From contig CAVPRW010000031.1 of assembly GCA_963707985.1 (NCBI GenBank), forward strand, positions 224,001 to 288,000: a stretch of DNA of 64,000 nt, written 5' to 3'. Below, one piece after another: positions 39,662 through 50,579 of this stretch (its first letter is position 1; every line of letters begins with the position of its first letter). The position numbers were made by a program, and so were the translations under genes. Source of the DNA: an uncultured Nitrospinota bacterium. GTDB lineage: Bacteria > Tectomicrobia > Entotheonellia > J063 > CAVPRW01. The notes below the pieces were generated by a model. It was not told the DNA's origin. It ran no database searches and saw nothing but the letters and a program-made list of their open reading frames with translations.

Positions 39662-41050
39662 TTAAAGATAGTCCAAGAGCTCTTCCTGTCCGCGGTCGAG
39701 AGCCTCGCCAAAGATCCGCACCAGGTCATCCACCTGGCTTGTGGTGATACAGAGCGGCGGCGCAAACGCCACTGTATCCAGAATGGCGCGGCAGATGAGG
39801 CCGCGTTCGTAGGCTAGTTGCGTCAGCAAAGCCCCTGCCTTACCGATCGGCTCAAAGCGTTCCCTGGAAGCTTTATCGCGCACGAGCTCGATGCCGGCGA
39901 TCAATCCCAGCCCCCGTACATCCCCCACCAGCGGATGATCCAGGAAACCACGCAGCCGCTCCTGGAAATACGCGCCCACCTCAGCCGCCTGATCGATCAA
40001 TCGCTCCTGCTCCAGGATCTCGAGATTCTTTAGCGCTGCCACACAGGCCACCGGATGGCCATTGTAGGTAAACCCGTGTGGGAACGGCGCACCTGGCGGA
40101 GCCTTGTCGACCAGATCGCGGTAAATCTCCTCCGTGATGATACTGGCACCGAGCGGCACATAGCCGCTGCTGATCCCTTTGGCCAGCGACAGCATGTCTG
40201 GTCGAAGGTCCCAATGTTCGAGCGCGAAGCGTTTGCCGGTGCGGCCGAAGCCGGTGATCACTTCGTCGAGAATAAGCAGTACTCCGTACTTACGGCAGAT
40301 CGCCTCGATCATCGGCCAGTATTCCGGCGGTGGCACGATGGCACCCCCCGCACCCATGATCGGCTCACCGATGAAGGCGGCCACGGTGTCAGGCCCCTCT
40401 TCCAGCAGGTGTTCCTCCAGCGCCCTGGCGCACGCCAGCTCACAGGTGGGATATTGTAGTCCGAGCTCGCAACGATAACAATGCGGCGCCGGAATGAAGC
40501 TGAAGCCGGGCACCAGGGGGGCCGCCATGTCCCGCTGACTTTGAATGCCGGTGGCGCTCAGGGCGCCCATCGATACCCCGTGATAGGCCTGATTCCGCGA
40601 GATGATTTTGAAGCGCTCGGGCTGACCGTTGAGCTTGAAATAGTAGCGGGCGATCTTGAAGGCGCTCTCATTGGTCTCCGAGCCGCCGGAGGTATAGAAG
40701 ACGCGGGTCAGATGCGGTGGGGTCATGTCGATGAGCTTTTTGGCCAGTTCAATCGACGGCAGATTCGAGAAGCCGAAAAAGCTCGGTGCAAAGGCAAGCT
40801 TGCCGATCTGCTCGCGCACCGCATCGCCGATCTCCGTACGGCCATGGCCGATGTTGACATTCCAGAGACCCGCCAGGCCATCGATGAACTGTCGCCCCTC
40901 TAAATCTTTGACGTAGATGCCATGCCCCTCGACCAGGATTTTCGGCCCCTCTTCGTGATGAGCCTGCAGCATCGTGGCGGGATGCAGGATGTACGACAGA
41001 TCGTCGCGATACCAGTCGTTCATTGTGGGCTCCATAGTTTGGCTCATCAC
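39662..41050 (-). CDS. Class III PLP aminotransferase (omega-amine type)
   Basis: DGLAGLW, SGGSE, AYHG, FIGEP, DEVITGFGRTG, LAKG, HGFTY. Confidence 0.92.
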   Translation of the reverse strand: MMSQTMEPTMNDWYRDDLSYILHPATMLQAHHEEGPKILVEGHGIYVKDLEGRQFIDGLAGLWNVNIGHGRTEIGDAVREQIGKLAFAPSFFGFSNLPSIELAKKLIDMTPPHLTRVFYTSGGSETNESAFKIARYYFKLNGQPERFKIISRNQAYHGVSMGALSATGIQSQRDMAAPLVPGFSFIPAPHCYRCELGLQYPTCELACARALEEHLLEEGPDTVAAFIGEPIMGAGGAIVPPPEYWPMIEAICRKYGVLLILDEVITGFGRTGKRFALEHWDLRPDMLSLAKGISSGYVPLGASIITEEIYRDLVDKAPPGAPFPHGFTYNGHPVACVAALKNLEILEQERLIDQAAEVGAYFQERLRGFLDHPLVGDVRGLGLIAGIELVRDKASRERFEPIGKAGALLTQLAYERGLICRAILDTVAFAPPLCITTSQVDDLVRIFGEALDRGQEELLDYL

Positions 41051-41317
41051 TGTCTCTCCCCGACGAACGGTGGTGTTGTAACACGGATTGGAGGGTGAGG
41101 AGAGGCTGGGCGCTTAATTCCTCTACTCGTCCTCGTATACGCCCTTCTCGGCCCCCTTATGACACGCGAGACAATTGGCCTTCGACTTGACATTGGGGTC
41201 CTGCCACCTCGCGGCTCGCAGCAATTGTGGGTACACCATTTCTCCACGTTGGCCTTGTCAGTCTCGGCTGCCCCTGTTGGCCCTTGGGGAGCGCCCGCCT
41301 CGCTGGCGGCAATCTCC

Positions 41318-43975
41318 TCACGTGGAATTTCCGGCATCGTGTGACCGACCTCCCGGAGGTGTGGTCTCGAGCGGTCGGCGCCAATGCTTCAGCGCCTCAC
41401 ACCAGAGCATGCTGGCGCTGCCGGCCGCGAGGCAGATCGCCAGGTCAAGACTGTGCAAGGTCGAGAATCGGAAGAGGTCACGCAGGGTGGGGAGATACAG
41501 CACCAGTGCGAGCAACGCCAGTGTCCCTCCAGTGACCCACCACAACGCCGTATTAGGCACGCGCATCGTGGCCAGGAGGCCACGAGACCAGGATCGATTG
41601 GTGAAGACGAGGCCGAGGTTGGCCATAATCAGCGTCGTAAAGGTCAGGGCCCGCGCCTCCTCAGCACCCTGCCCACGGGCGAGGGCGATCCCGAAGACCG
41701 CTCCGGTGACCAGCAACACACCCAGCCCTTGCAAGACACTCAGACCGATTATCGCCCGGCCGAACAGGGGCGCCTGCGGATCACGTGGCGGCCGGCGCAT
41801 CACATCAGCCTCCTCGGCCTCGCCCTCGAAGACGATCGAGCACACCGGATCGATGATCAGATGCAGGAAGGCGATGTGCACGGGCATGAGGATCAACGGC
41901 CATTGCCACGCCACCGGCAGCAACGACATGCCGGCGATCGGGACATGAATGGCCAGCAAGTAGGCCATGGCTTTACGCAGGTTATCGAACACTCGGCGCC
42001 CCAACCGCACCGTCGCCACCAGCGATGAAAAATCGTCGTCCAGGAGCACCAGATCGGCGGCCTCGCGCGCCACGTCGGTGCCTCGCCCTCCCATGGCCAC
42101 GCCGATGTGTGCAGCTTTTAATGCCGGGGCATCGTTGACCCCATCGCCGGTCATGGCCACCACGTCGCCGCCACGCTTCAGGGCGTTCACGATACGAAGC
42201 TTGTGCGTAGGGACAACCCGGGCACAGATGCGGATGTCCCTCAGGCGGCGCTGCAGGGTCGGCTCATCCATGCGCTCCAGATCGGCACCGGTGAGCACGT
42301 TCTCCAGCCCCTCCTGACGCGGCACCAGGCCCACCTGGCGGGCGATGCTCTGGGCTGTGCCGGGGTAGTCCCCCGTGATCATCAGCACCCGAATGCCGGC
42401 AGCATAACAGTCCTGCAAGGCGGCTGGCACTGTCGGACGTACCGGGTCGGCCAAGCCGATGAGCCCCACGAATGCGAAGGGGAAGTCGTGCTGCTCGCCA
42501 GGCAATATGGGTTCCGTGAAGGCGGCTTTGGCAACCCCGAGCACGCGCAATCCCTCCCCCGCCATCGCGCGCACGTCGTGGATAACAGCCTTACGTTCAG
42601 CCGCTCCGAGGTGGCAGAGATCCACGATCGCTTCCGGCGCGCCCTTAGCGGCAATGACGTAGTCAGGCCCAGCAGGCGAGCGCCACACGAGCGACATGGC
42701 TAGCAGCTGCGGTGAGAGGGGGTATTCGCGGACGACCGTCCAATCGCGGTGCAGGTGCTCCGTCTGGGCCAGGGCATCCTCCCCCCAGTGCGTGACCGCC
42801 TGCTCCATTGGGTCGAAGGGATCGCGCTGGCTGGCCAGGAGGCTGAACTCGACGAGCTCGTGGAATGGCTCCGGCAGCGGTCCCATGCGCGGACTCTCCA
42901 CTGTGTATAACGCGTCCGCGGCTCGCAGCTGGCGGACCGCCATGCGATTGAGCGTGAGAGTGCCAGTCTTGTCGACGCACAACACGGTGGTCGCCCCCAG
43001 AGCCTCCACAGCAGGCATGCGGCGGGTGAGCACGTGCTGATGAGCGATACGCCAGGCGCCGAGGGCCAGAAAAATGACCAGCACGACAGGGAATTCATTT
43101 GGCAGGATGGCCATGGCCAACGCCACACCAGCTAAGATGCCGTCAAGCCAGTGGCCGCGCGTCAGCCCATAGCCAAGCACCACCGCGACGCACAGTCCCC
43201 CCCCGACCAGAGCCAGTCGGCGCACCAATTGGGCCATGTCCCGCTGCAATGGCGTTTCTTCCGGCTCGACGGTTTGCAAGGCCTTGCCAATGGCACCCAC
43301 GGCCGTATGGATGCCGATGGCTTGCACCTGAGCAACACCCTGCCCCTGGACAACTAACGTGCCAGCATACACAAATGGCAAATCATCGCCGCCCGGCGGG
43401 CTCAGCATCCGATGACCGTCCCAGACCCCCTTGCGGACCGGTATGGACTCACCGGTCAAGATGGATTCGTCGACCGACAGATGCGTGCGTGCCAGCAACA
43501 CACCATCGGCGGGGACGCGATCGCCCTCCTTCAGGACCACGATATCCCCATCGACGACTTCTCTGCCGGCGATCCGCCGCTGTCGGCCCTCGCGGATAAT
43601 CAGGGCGCGTGGGCTGGAAAGATCCCGTAGCGCTTCGAGCGCACGTTCGGTTTTGCGTTCCTGATACCAGGTAATGCCCATCAAGAGGACGACAAACCCC
43701 AGGAGGATCAAGGCTTCTTGGACATCGCCTAAGATAAGATAAAGCGCCCCGCCCGCCACGAGCAGGATGAAGATGGGGTCGCGGAGGATCTCAGCGACGA
43801 TGGCTAGGCTAGAGCGGGCGCGCGCCGTGGGCAGCTCGTTATACCCCTGGGCGCGCAGTTTGTCGCGCGCTTCTGCCTCGGAAAGCCCGGTGAACATGTC
43901 ATGAGCCGATGGGTATGCGACCACGAGTTTTTCCCCTCCCCCATCGGCCACAGTAGAGCTGATGGGGAGATACAC
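41318..43975 (-). CDS. Cation-translocating P-type ATPase (type II-like); start uncertain
   Basis: TGES, DKTGTLT, KGAPE, DP.R, MITGD, GDGVNDAPALK. Confidence 0.93.
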   Translation of the reverse strand: MYLPISSTVADGGGEKLVVAYPSAHDMFTGLSEAEARDKLRAQGYNELPTARARSSLAIVAEILRDPIFILLVAGGALYLILGDVQEALILLGFVVLLMGITWYQERKTERALEALRDLSSPRALIIREGRQRRIAGREVVDGDIVVLKEGDRVPADGVLLARTHLSVDESILTGESIPVRKGVWDGHRMLSPPGGDDLPFVYAGTLVVQGQGVAQVQAIGIHTAVGAIGKALQTVEPEETPLQRDMAQLVRRLALVGGGLCVAVVLGYGLTRGHWLDGILAGVALAMAILPNEFPVVLVIFLALGAWRIAHQHVLTRRMPAVEALGATTVLCVDKTGTLTLNRMAVRQLRAADALYTVESPRMGPLPEPFHELVEFSLLASQRDPFDPMEQAVTHWGEDALAQTEHLHRDWTVVREYPLSPQLLAMSLVWRSPAGPDYVIAAKGAPEAIVDLCHLGAAERKAVIHDVRAMAGEGLRVLGVAKAAFTEPILPGEQHDFPFAFVGLIGLADPVRPTVPAALQDCYAAGIRVLMITGDYPGTAQSIARQVGLVPRQEGLENVLTGADLERMDEPTLQRRLRDIRICARVVPTHKLRIVNALKRGGDVVAMTGDGVNDAPALKAAHIGVAMGGRGTDVAREAADLVLLDDDFSSLVATVRLGRRVFDNLRKAMAYLLAIHVPIAGMSLLPVAWQWPLILMPVHIAFLHLIIDPVCSIVFEGEAEEADVMRRPPRDPQAPLFGRAIIGLSVLQGLGVLLVTGAVFGIALARGQGAEEARALTFTTLIMANLGLVFTNRSWSRGLLATMRVPNTALWWVTGGTLALLALVLYLPTLRDLFRFSTLHSLDLAICLAAGSASMLWCEALKHWRRPLETTPPGGRSHDAGNST

Positions 43976-44014
43976 GGCAAGAGACCAACATCCCCGGGCC
44001 CAGCATACAGCTTC

Positions 44015-44554
44015 TTAGGTTTCTCTGCCAGGCTTCATGCCCTGCTCGGCAGGCTCACGCTGTGCCGATGGTTCCGCATGCGAGGTATGCAACGCTGTCG
44101 GTCGAATGGTCAGCACAGCACAAGGGGCCAGGCGCACCACGCGTTCGGTCACACTCCCCATGATGAGATGGCTGACGCCGCTGCGGCCATGGGTCGCCAT
44201 GACGATCACGTCCACCTGCTCCGCCGCCGCCACCTCGATGATGGCTCGAGACGCGCTGCCGATCACCACCCGGCGCATGATCTCGACCGGTGCATCACGG
44301 CTCTCTGACAGCACCTCTGCCAGGTCCATCCGGGCCTGGCGCTCCCATTCTCCCAGGAGGACAGCCGCCATTCCGGGTGGCATGAAGCCACCGGTGGGAT
44401 AGAGTGGCACTTCGATGACATGGAGTAAGATCAGCTTCGCTCCAAATGCCTGGGCGAGCTCGAAGGCATAATCCACAGCCTGTTTGGCGGGTTGCGAGAA
44501 ATCAGTGGGCGCCAAGATCTGACGCATCTGCATCGGTATGTTCTCCTCGGCCAT
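44015..44554 (-). CDS. Universal stress protein
   Basis: ILAPTDFS, IVMATHGRSG, GSVTERVVR.APC.VL. Confidence 0.92.
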   Translation of the reverse strand: MAEENIPMQMRQILAPTDFSQPAKQAVDYAFELAQAFGAKLILLHVIEVPLYPTGGFMPPGMAAVLLGEWERQARMDLAEVLSESRDAPVEIMRRVVIGSASRAIIEVAAAEQVDVIVMATHGRSGVSHLIMGSVTERVVRLAPCAVLTIRPTALHTSHAEPSAQREPAEQGMKPGRET

Positions 44555-44918
44555 CGGTGTATCGGTATCACCGCAGGGCTGAGCTCCTCTTGCTCACAGC
44601 CCTTACTACTGATCCTCAGCGAGCCCGCTCTGATAAAGCAGGTTCTACTTTCTCATATACGTATCTCGATGCATATATTTCCATAGGTGTGAGCTCTTTG
44701 CCGCCCGCCGTGACCCGCCCTGTTACCCTCATGTGATCGTATGGATGGATCTGGCGACAGGAGCGCGTACGTCGCTTCTAAGATGGGGCAGCGCATCATC
44801 TGACATCCTGAGTTTGTCACCGAAGGATTGTGCGCGTATAATTGGCCCCCGCTGTTCACTGCCGCATGTACTGCGGCAATGACCATGGAGCCCTGGAGAG
44901 CAGCGCAGCGAGGGGACT

Positions 44919-45785
44919 ATGTGGTTTGGGTTGGCACTCCTATCGGCCTTGTTCCAGGTGTTGCGTAATATGTCGATGAAGCACCTGGGGCAGACCCTGG
45001 ACGATACGATCAATGTGTGGGGCCGCTTTACGTTTCTCCTCCCTTTTGTCGCCGGCTTCGTCCTGTGGCATGGGATTCCACCGTTGCTCCCAGGGTTTTG
45101 GTTCTATGTCGTGCTCTTCGGCGTGGCCCAAACCGCCGCCACGCTCAGCCTGGCCAAGGCGCTACGCTTGTCCGACATCTCGATTGTCACGGCTTTGTGG
45201 AAGGTCAGCTTGCTGTTTCTGGTCGTCTTTGCCTTCCTCAGTCTCGGGGAAACACCTTCACCCCTGGGCTTGGTTGGCATCCTGGTCAGCTTAGCCGGTG
45301 TTTATCTCTTGAACATCCAGAAGAGTCGCCTCTCCCTGTGGGCACCCCTGCGGGAGCTGTTGATCGATCGAGGCCTGCGGTATACGCTGCTGGCAGCCGT
45401 ATTGTATGCCCCCGCGGTCGTCGTCATCAAGCAAGTCATCATCCGCTCCGATGCCTATTTTGCCAACCTCATGGCCTATTCGGCCGCCTCGCTGGTCATC
45501 CTTCCATTGGCGCTCAGGCGCTCAGCCCACCATTTTGCGCAGATCCCACGCCATTGGCCATCATTTGTCGGCATGGGGCTGTTCGCCTGCCTGGCAAGCG
45601 TGTGTCACAGCCTGGCCTACCAGATGACGCTGACGTCGTACGTCGAGGCCGCCAAGCAGGCCGAAGTCCTCTTCGCCCTGGGCATCGGCTATGTGGTGTT
45701 CCAGGAACGGGCGCGGGTGCGGGCTATTCTGCCGGGCAGCCTGGTGATTCTCCTCGGCATGGTCCTATTGCACCTGAGTGGCTGA
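44919..45785 (+). CDS. EamA/DMT family transporter
   Basis: About 10 TM helices in two repeats, LGE.P....G and FQE motifs. Confidence 0.8.
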   Translation: MWFGLALLSALFQVLRNMSMKHLGQTLDDTINVWGRFTFLLPFVAGFVLWHGIPPLLPGFWFYVVLFGVAQTAATLSLAKALRLSDISIVTALWKVSLLFLVVFAFLSLGETPSPLGLVGILVSLAGVYLLNIQKSRLSLWAPLRELLIDRGLRYTLLAAVLYAPAVVVIKQVIIRSDAYFANLMAYSAASLVILPLALRRSAHHFAQIPRHWPSFVGMGLFACLASVCHSLAYQMTLTSYVEAAKQAEVLFALGIGYVVFQERARVRAILPGSLVILLGMVLLHLSG

Positions 45786-45839
45786 GCCGACGCGTCAGCC
45801 CGGCGCTGGCAGACTGGCTGCGGCCGTGGATGCAAACAT

Positions 45840-46268
45840 TTACGGCTGCGTCGCTGGGGTGTCCTGATAAATCATCCACTCCAGTAAGTTGTCGTCGGGG
45901 TCACGGGCATAGAAGCTCAACGACGGCGCGGTGCCACGACCTCGCCCACCCGCGCGTGGCACCGGCCCACGAATGATGGTTACCCCCGCCTCCTGCAGCA
46001 TCTTCTGGCATTCCTCCACCGTGCCCTCGAACACAAAGCAGATGTCGGTGCACCCCGGTACGGCCGTTGGGCCACGGAGGCTCGCCGTATAGCCTTCCGG
46101 GTGCACATTAATCTTGGATTCTCCCACTTGGATCGAAAATGTCGCCACTTTCCCCGCGCGCCATGCTTCCTCGTTGTTGATGGGAAATCCGAGGCGCTTG
46201 TAAAACGCCAGGAGGCGCTCGGCATTGGCTGTGGGCATGGCAATGTGATCGATACTGATGGTTGGCAT
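45840..46268 (-). CDS. VOC/glyoxalase family protein
   Basis: IDHIA, FYKRLG, GPV.R.G, RDPD.NLLE. Confidence 0.85.
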   Translation of the reverse strand: MPTISIDHIAMPTANAERLLAFYKRLGFPINNEEAWRAGKVATFSIQVGESKINVHPEGYTASLRGPTAVPGCTDICFVFEGTVEECQKMLQEAGVTIIRGPVPRAGGRGRGTAPSLSFYARDPDDNLLEWMIYQDTPATQP

Positions 46269-46529
46269 CTGGTCCCCCTCTCGTCATCTTCTCGATGTTT
46301 GCATGTCTGATGGCATCTCACGTGTCTCAAACCAGGCCTAGCATAGCATACCCACGGTCGTAAGAGGGCAGCCGAATGACACCTGCCCCTCGATACGGAC
46401 GATAAGGCTGTGCTTGACCCTGCCGCGACAGTGCTCTAGACTCAGGATAACTCGTCTGCATGTCTCCGTGTGCAGAACCGCTTTGATCATGTGGATAATC
46501 TCAGGCACCAGCCGCACAAGGAGAATCCC

Positions 46530-47642
46530 ATGCACGTCGGTTTTGGACCGCTGTTTCAGAATCCCGGCAATCGTCTCTCCGACGCCGAGGTGTACCGCCA
46601 GGAACTGCGACTGGCCGAGATGGCCGAGCCCCTGGGATTTGAGTCCATCTGGTCGGTGGAGCACCACTTCACCGACTACACCATGTGTCCGGATGTGCTC
46701 CAGTTCCTCTCCTACATGGCGGCGAAGACCACGCGTGCCAGGCTCGGGTCCATGGTGGTGGTGCTGCCCTGGCACGACCCGGTGCGCGTCACCGAACAGA
46801 TTGCGTTGCTCGATCATCTCTCCGGCGGCCGGACGATCTTGGGGCTCGGCCGTGGCCTCGCCCGCGTTGAGTACGAGGGCTTGCGCATCGATCAGAACGA
46901 GGGGCGCCAGCGCTTCCTCGAACACGCCGAACTGGTGTTGACAGCGCTTGAGCGCGGTTATATCGAGGGGGGAAAGACGCTCAAACAGCCGCGTCGGGAC
47001 ATCCGCCCGCAGCCACTACGGTCGTTCCGCGGACGTACCTATGCGGCTGCCGTCTCCCCGGAATCGATGCCGATCATGGCGCAGCTCGGCGTCGGCCTGT
47101 TGATCATTCCCCAAAAACCCTGGGATGTCGTCGAGAAGGATTTCGCCACTTACCACCAGGCGTACCAGGAGGTGAATGGAACAGAGCCGCCACCGCCGTT
47201 CTGTGCCAGCTTCTGCTTCGTCGATGAGCACGCCGACCGCGCTGAGGAGATGGCCTACAAGTACATCGGTGGCTATTATCACACGGCCATGCAGCACTAC
47301 GAGATGACCGCCGACCACTTCGGTACGCACCAGGGCTATGAATTTTATCGCAAAGTGGGCCACTACATCGGGCGTCATGGCCAGGATGGCGCCGCTCGGG
47401 ACTTCGCTCGACTGATGCCCTGGGGCACTCCTAACCAGGTGATCGATAAGCTGGCCACAATTCGTAACATGATCGGCATGAATGGCCTGATCTGCCATTT
47501 CAGCTATGCTGGGATGCCCTATGAGGAGGCCGAGCGTAACATGCGATGTTTTGTCTCCCATGTCCTCCCCGAGCTGAAGAGGTGGGACACGCCGCCGCTG
47601 TGCGAGCCGGCACCGCTGGCCGCATCGGTCGCCGGCAGCTAA
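46530..47642 (+). CDS. LLM-class flavin-dependent oxidoreductase
   Basis: AEPLGFESIWSVEHHF, LPWHDPVR..EQIALLDHLSGGR..LGLGRG. Confidence 0.92.
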   Translation: MHVGFGPLFQNPGNRLSDAEVYRQELRLAEMAEPLGFESIWSVEHHFTDYTMCPDVLQFLSYMAAKTTRARLGSMVVVLPWHDPVRVTEQIALLDHLSGGRTILGLGRGLARVEYEGLRIDQNEGRQRFLEHAELVLTALERGYIEGGKTLKQPRRDIRPQPLRSFRGRTYAAAVSPESMPIMAQLGVGLLIIPQKPWDVVEKDFATYHQAYQEVNGTEPPPPFCASFCFVDEHADRAEEMAYKYIGGYYHTAMQHYEMTADHFGTHQGYEFYRKVGHYIGRHGQDGAARDFARLMPWGTPNQVIDKLATIRNMIGMNGLICHFSYAGMPYEEAERNMRCFVSHVLPELKRWDTPPLCEPAPLAASVAGS

Positions 47643-47761
47643 CCAGTGGTCAGAGGGTGCTTAAGAAGCTCCAGATATGTCCTCTTCCCTCCTTTATGAA
47701 CGGGGGGGTAAAGGCTCTAAGGCCACGCTATTAGAGTAGGGGTATGTGGTAGGAGGCTGCT

Positions 47762-49082
47762 ATGGCCATATCTTGGCGATCCTATATCCGGCCCATCGTG
47801 ATCCGTGCGACGCTGGCGTGGGAGTGGTGGCACAGCGGCGTAACGTATTACCCGCTGGCGCCGCGGGTCTACCGGAACCCCTATCCCACCTATGCGAAAC
47901 TGCGTGCGCAAGATCCCGTCCATTGGAACTTCTTGAGCCATTCGTGGGTTTTCTCGCGCTATCGCGACATCGATGCGATCTTACGTGATCACAGTCGCTT
48001 CTCGAACGATGCGCGCTACCGCCAAGAGGTCAGCCAGGCCCAAGCTGCAGCGTCCATCCCCGGTGGCCCGAGCATGCTATTTCTCGATCCACCCGATCAC
48101 ACACGCTTGCGCGCCCTCGTACAGCAGGCCTTCACCCCACGCGCCATCGAGGCGCTGACACCACGTATACGCCAGATCGCCACAAACCTGCTGGACCGGA
48201 TTGCCGACCCGACCTCGTTCGAGGTCATGGAGACGCTCGCCCGGCCGCTGCCGATGATCGTCATGGCCGAATTGCTCGGGGTGCCGACACAGGATCTCGC
48301 CCAGTTTCAGGCCTGGTCACATCTGCGCGCCCGTGTCATCGAGCCCACGATCACGGCACGTGAACGGCAGCTGGCGGCTCAGGCCGCCTACGAGCTGGAC
48401 GCGTATTTCCTGAGTCTCATCGAACAACGGCGGGCGGAGCCGCAGGACGATCTGATCAGCGCCTTGGTGGCCGCCGAGGCTGCAGGCGATCAACTGAGCC
48501 ATGACGAGTTGCTGGTCATGCTGCGGCTGCTCCTGGTGGCTGGGAATGAAACCACGACCAATCTGATCGGCAATGGTCTGTTGGCACTGTTACGTCATCC
48601 CGAGCAGTTGCACCTGCTGCGCTCGGACCCCAGCCTCATCGCTGGCGCTGTCGACGAGCTGCTACGTTATGACTCCCCAGTGCAGGTGGTGGGCCGCACG
48701 GCGACGCAAGATCTGGAGATCGGGGGTCGCGCCATTCGCAAAGGCCAGGGCATCGTGCTGCTGCTCGGTTCGGCCAATCGTGATCCGGACGTGTTCGATC
48801 AGCCGGATCGACTCGATGTGCAGCGGCATGGGCCCAGCATCCTCGGCTTTGGCCGTGGCATCCACCACTGCCTGGGTGCACCGCTGGCCCGTCTCGAGGC
48901 CAGAATCACGTTCGAGACGCTGCTGGAGCGGTTCGCGGAGATGCGTCTCACTCACAGCCGATCCCCCCTTCAAAGACAATATTGTGCTCCGAGGGCTTGA
49001 GGTGCTCCCCGTTGGCGCCTCCGTGCCGCTCGCCGCACGTCAGACAACGCTGGTGCCGGAGGGGAAAGGGCTGATCTCGTGA
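47762..49082 (+). CDS. Cytochrome P450, frameshift near 48950
   Basis: DPPDHTRLR, AGNETT, ELLRYD, FGRGIHHCLG; C-terminus (LRGLEVLPV) in a shifted frame. Confidence 0.93.
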
Positions 49083-49122
49083 TGCCCCGGTGTCTCCCAG
49101 ACCACAGGAAGGAGGTTGACAC

Positions 49123-50559
49123 ATGTCGCAATCAGATATGGCGCTGATGGCCCATCTCTTGCGTCGCGCTGGCTTTGGAGCGAGACGCGATGAACTGGAA
49201 CGCTATGTGGCCCAGGGGTATGAAGCCACGGTGGAAGAGTTGCTTCACCCTGAGCAGGCCTCGGCAGCCCTTGATGATGAAGACTTGATCAGGCGCTATC
49301 ACGTCGATGAGAACAGCCTGATGCTGATCGATAGCTGCCAGACCTACTGGTTATACCGTATGATCAACACCAGGCGCCCGCTGGAGGAGAAAATGTCCCT
49401 CTTCTGGCACGGCGTGTTCGCCACAGGCTATACGAAACTGAATCATCCCAAACAGATTCTTGGCCAGATCGCTATGTTCCGCCGTCACGGGCTGGGCAGC
49501 TTCCATAGGATATTGGTCGAAGTGTCGAAAGACCCGGCGATGATTTTTTGGTTGGATAACAAGGATAGCCACAAGGAGGCCATCAACGAGAATTACGGTC
49601 GGGAATTGCTGGAGCTCTTCTCGATGGGGGTCGGCAACTACACCGAGACCGACGTCCGTCAGTGTGCCCGCGCCTTCACCGGCTGGACGATCCGCGATGC
49701 CTCGCTGCACACGGCTCGGGTGGCACGCGATTCCGTCTGGCCCTATGGGCGATTAGACTGGCAGTTCGAATACCGGCCTGATGACCACGACGCCTCGGAA
49801 AAAACCTTCTTGGGCCATGCTGGCCCCTTTGACGGCGTGGAGATCATCGACATCATCTGCCGACAGCCAGCGACAGCCAGGTTCATCGCTCGGCATCTCT
49901 ATAACTTCTTCGTCGCTGATGAACCGCAGGTGCCAGCGTGGCAGAGCGTCCCTCCGCATGACCCCGAGGCCATCCAGACCCTGATGGACGCCTTCATCAC
50001 CCATGAATACGATATCCGCGCCGTGATGCGGGTGCTCTTCAACGCCGACTTTTTCAAGCGGGCCCAGTTTGCCAAAGTCAAAAGCCCGGCGGACCTGGTC
50101 GTGGGCACCGCGCGTCTGGCCGGTGGGCATCGCTTTCCTGACGTCGATGACATCACGCTGGCGTTGGAGACCGGCTATATGGGGCAACAATTGCTGGACC
50201 CACCGAGTGTCGAGGGTTGGCACACCGGGTCGGAATGGATCAATAGTGCCACGCTGATGAGTCGCGTCAACTTTGCCTCGCGGCAATTGGCCGATGTCGA
50301 CAAGCCAGGGGTATGGTCGATCATCGATCGCGTGCGAGCGCATGGGACCAGGCTTGCGCCAGAAACTGTCGTGGACATTTGCCTCGATGTGATGGGTCCG
50401 CTCAGCGTCGACGCGAAAACTCGGCAGCAACTGGTCGATCACCTGGCAGTGGGGGGCGACATCGATTTTGACACGAATGGTGACTCGGCCAGCGCCGCGG
50501 AGCGGATTCGCGAACTGTTGCAACTGATCGTCGCCACGCGAGAATACCAGCTCGCTTGA
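49123..50559 (+). CDS. DUF1800 family protein
   Basis: HLLRRAGFG, EKMSLFWH, NENYGRELLELFSMG, ARAFTGW, KSP, PPSVEGW. Confidence 0.9.
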   Translation: MSQSDMALMAHLLRRAGFGARRDELERYVAQGYEATVEELLHPEQASAALDDEDLIRRYHVDENSLMLIDSCQTYWLYRMINTRRPLEEKMSLFWHGVFATGYTKLNHPKQILGQIAMFRRHGLGSFHRILVEVSKDPAMIFWLDNKDSHKEAINENYGRELLELFSMGVGNYTETDVRQCARAFTGWTIRDASLHTARVARDSVWPYGRLDWQFEYRPDDHDASEKTFLGHAGPFDGVEIIDIICRQPATARFIARHLYNFFVADEPQVPAWQSVPPHDPEAIQTLMDAFITHEYDIRAVMRVLFNADFFKRAQFAKVKSPADLVVGTARLAGGHRFPDVDDITLALETGYMGQQLLDPPSVEGWHTGSEWINSATLMSRVNFASRQLADVDKPGVWSIIDRVRAHGTRLAPETVVDICLDVMGPLSVDAKTRQQLVDHLAVGGDIDFDTNGDSASAAERIRELLQLIVATREYQLA

Positions 50560-50579
50560 CGTGCCTGGGGGACGCAAGC

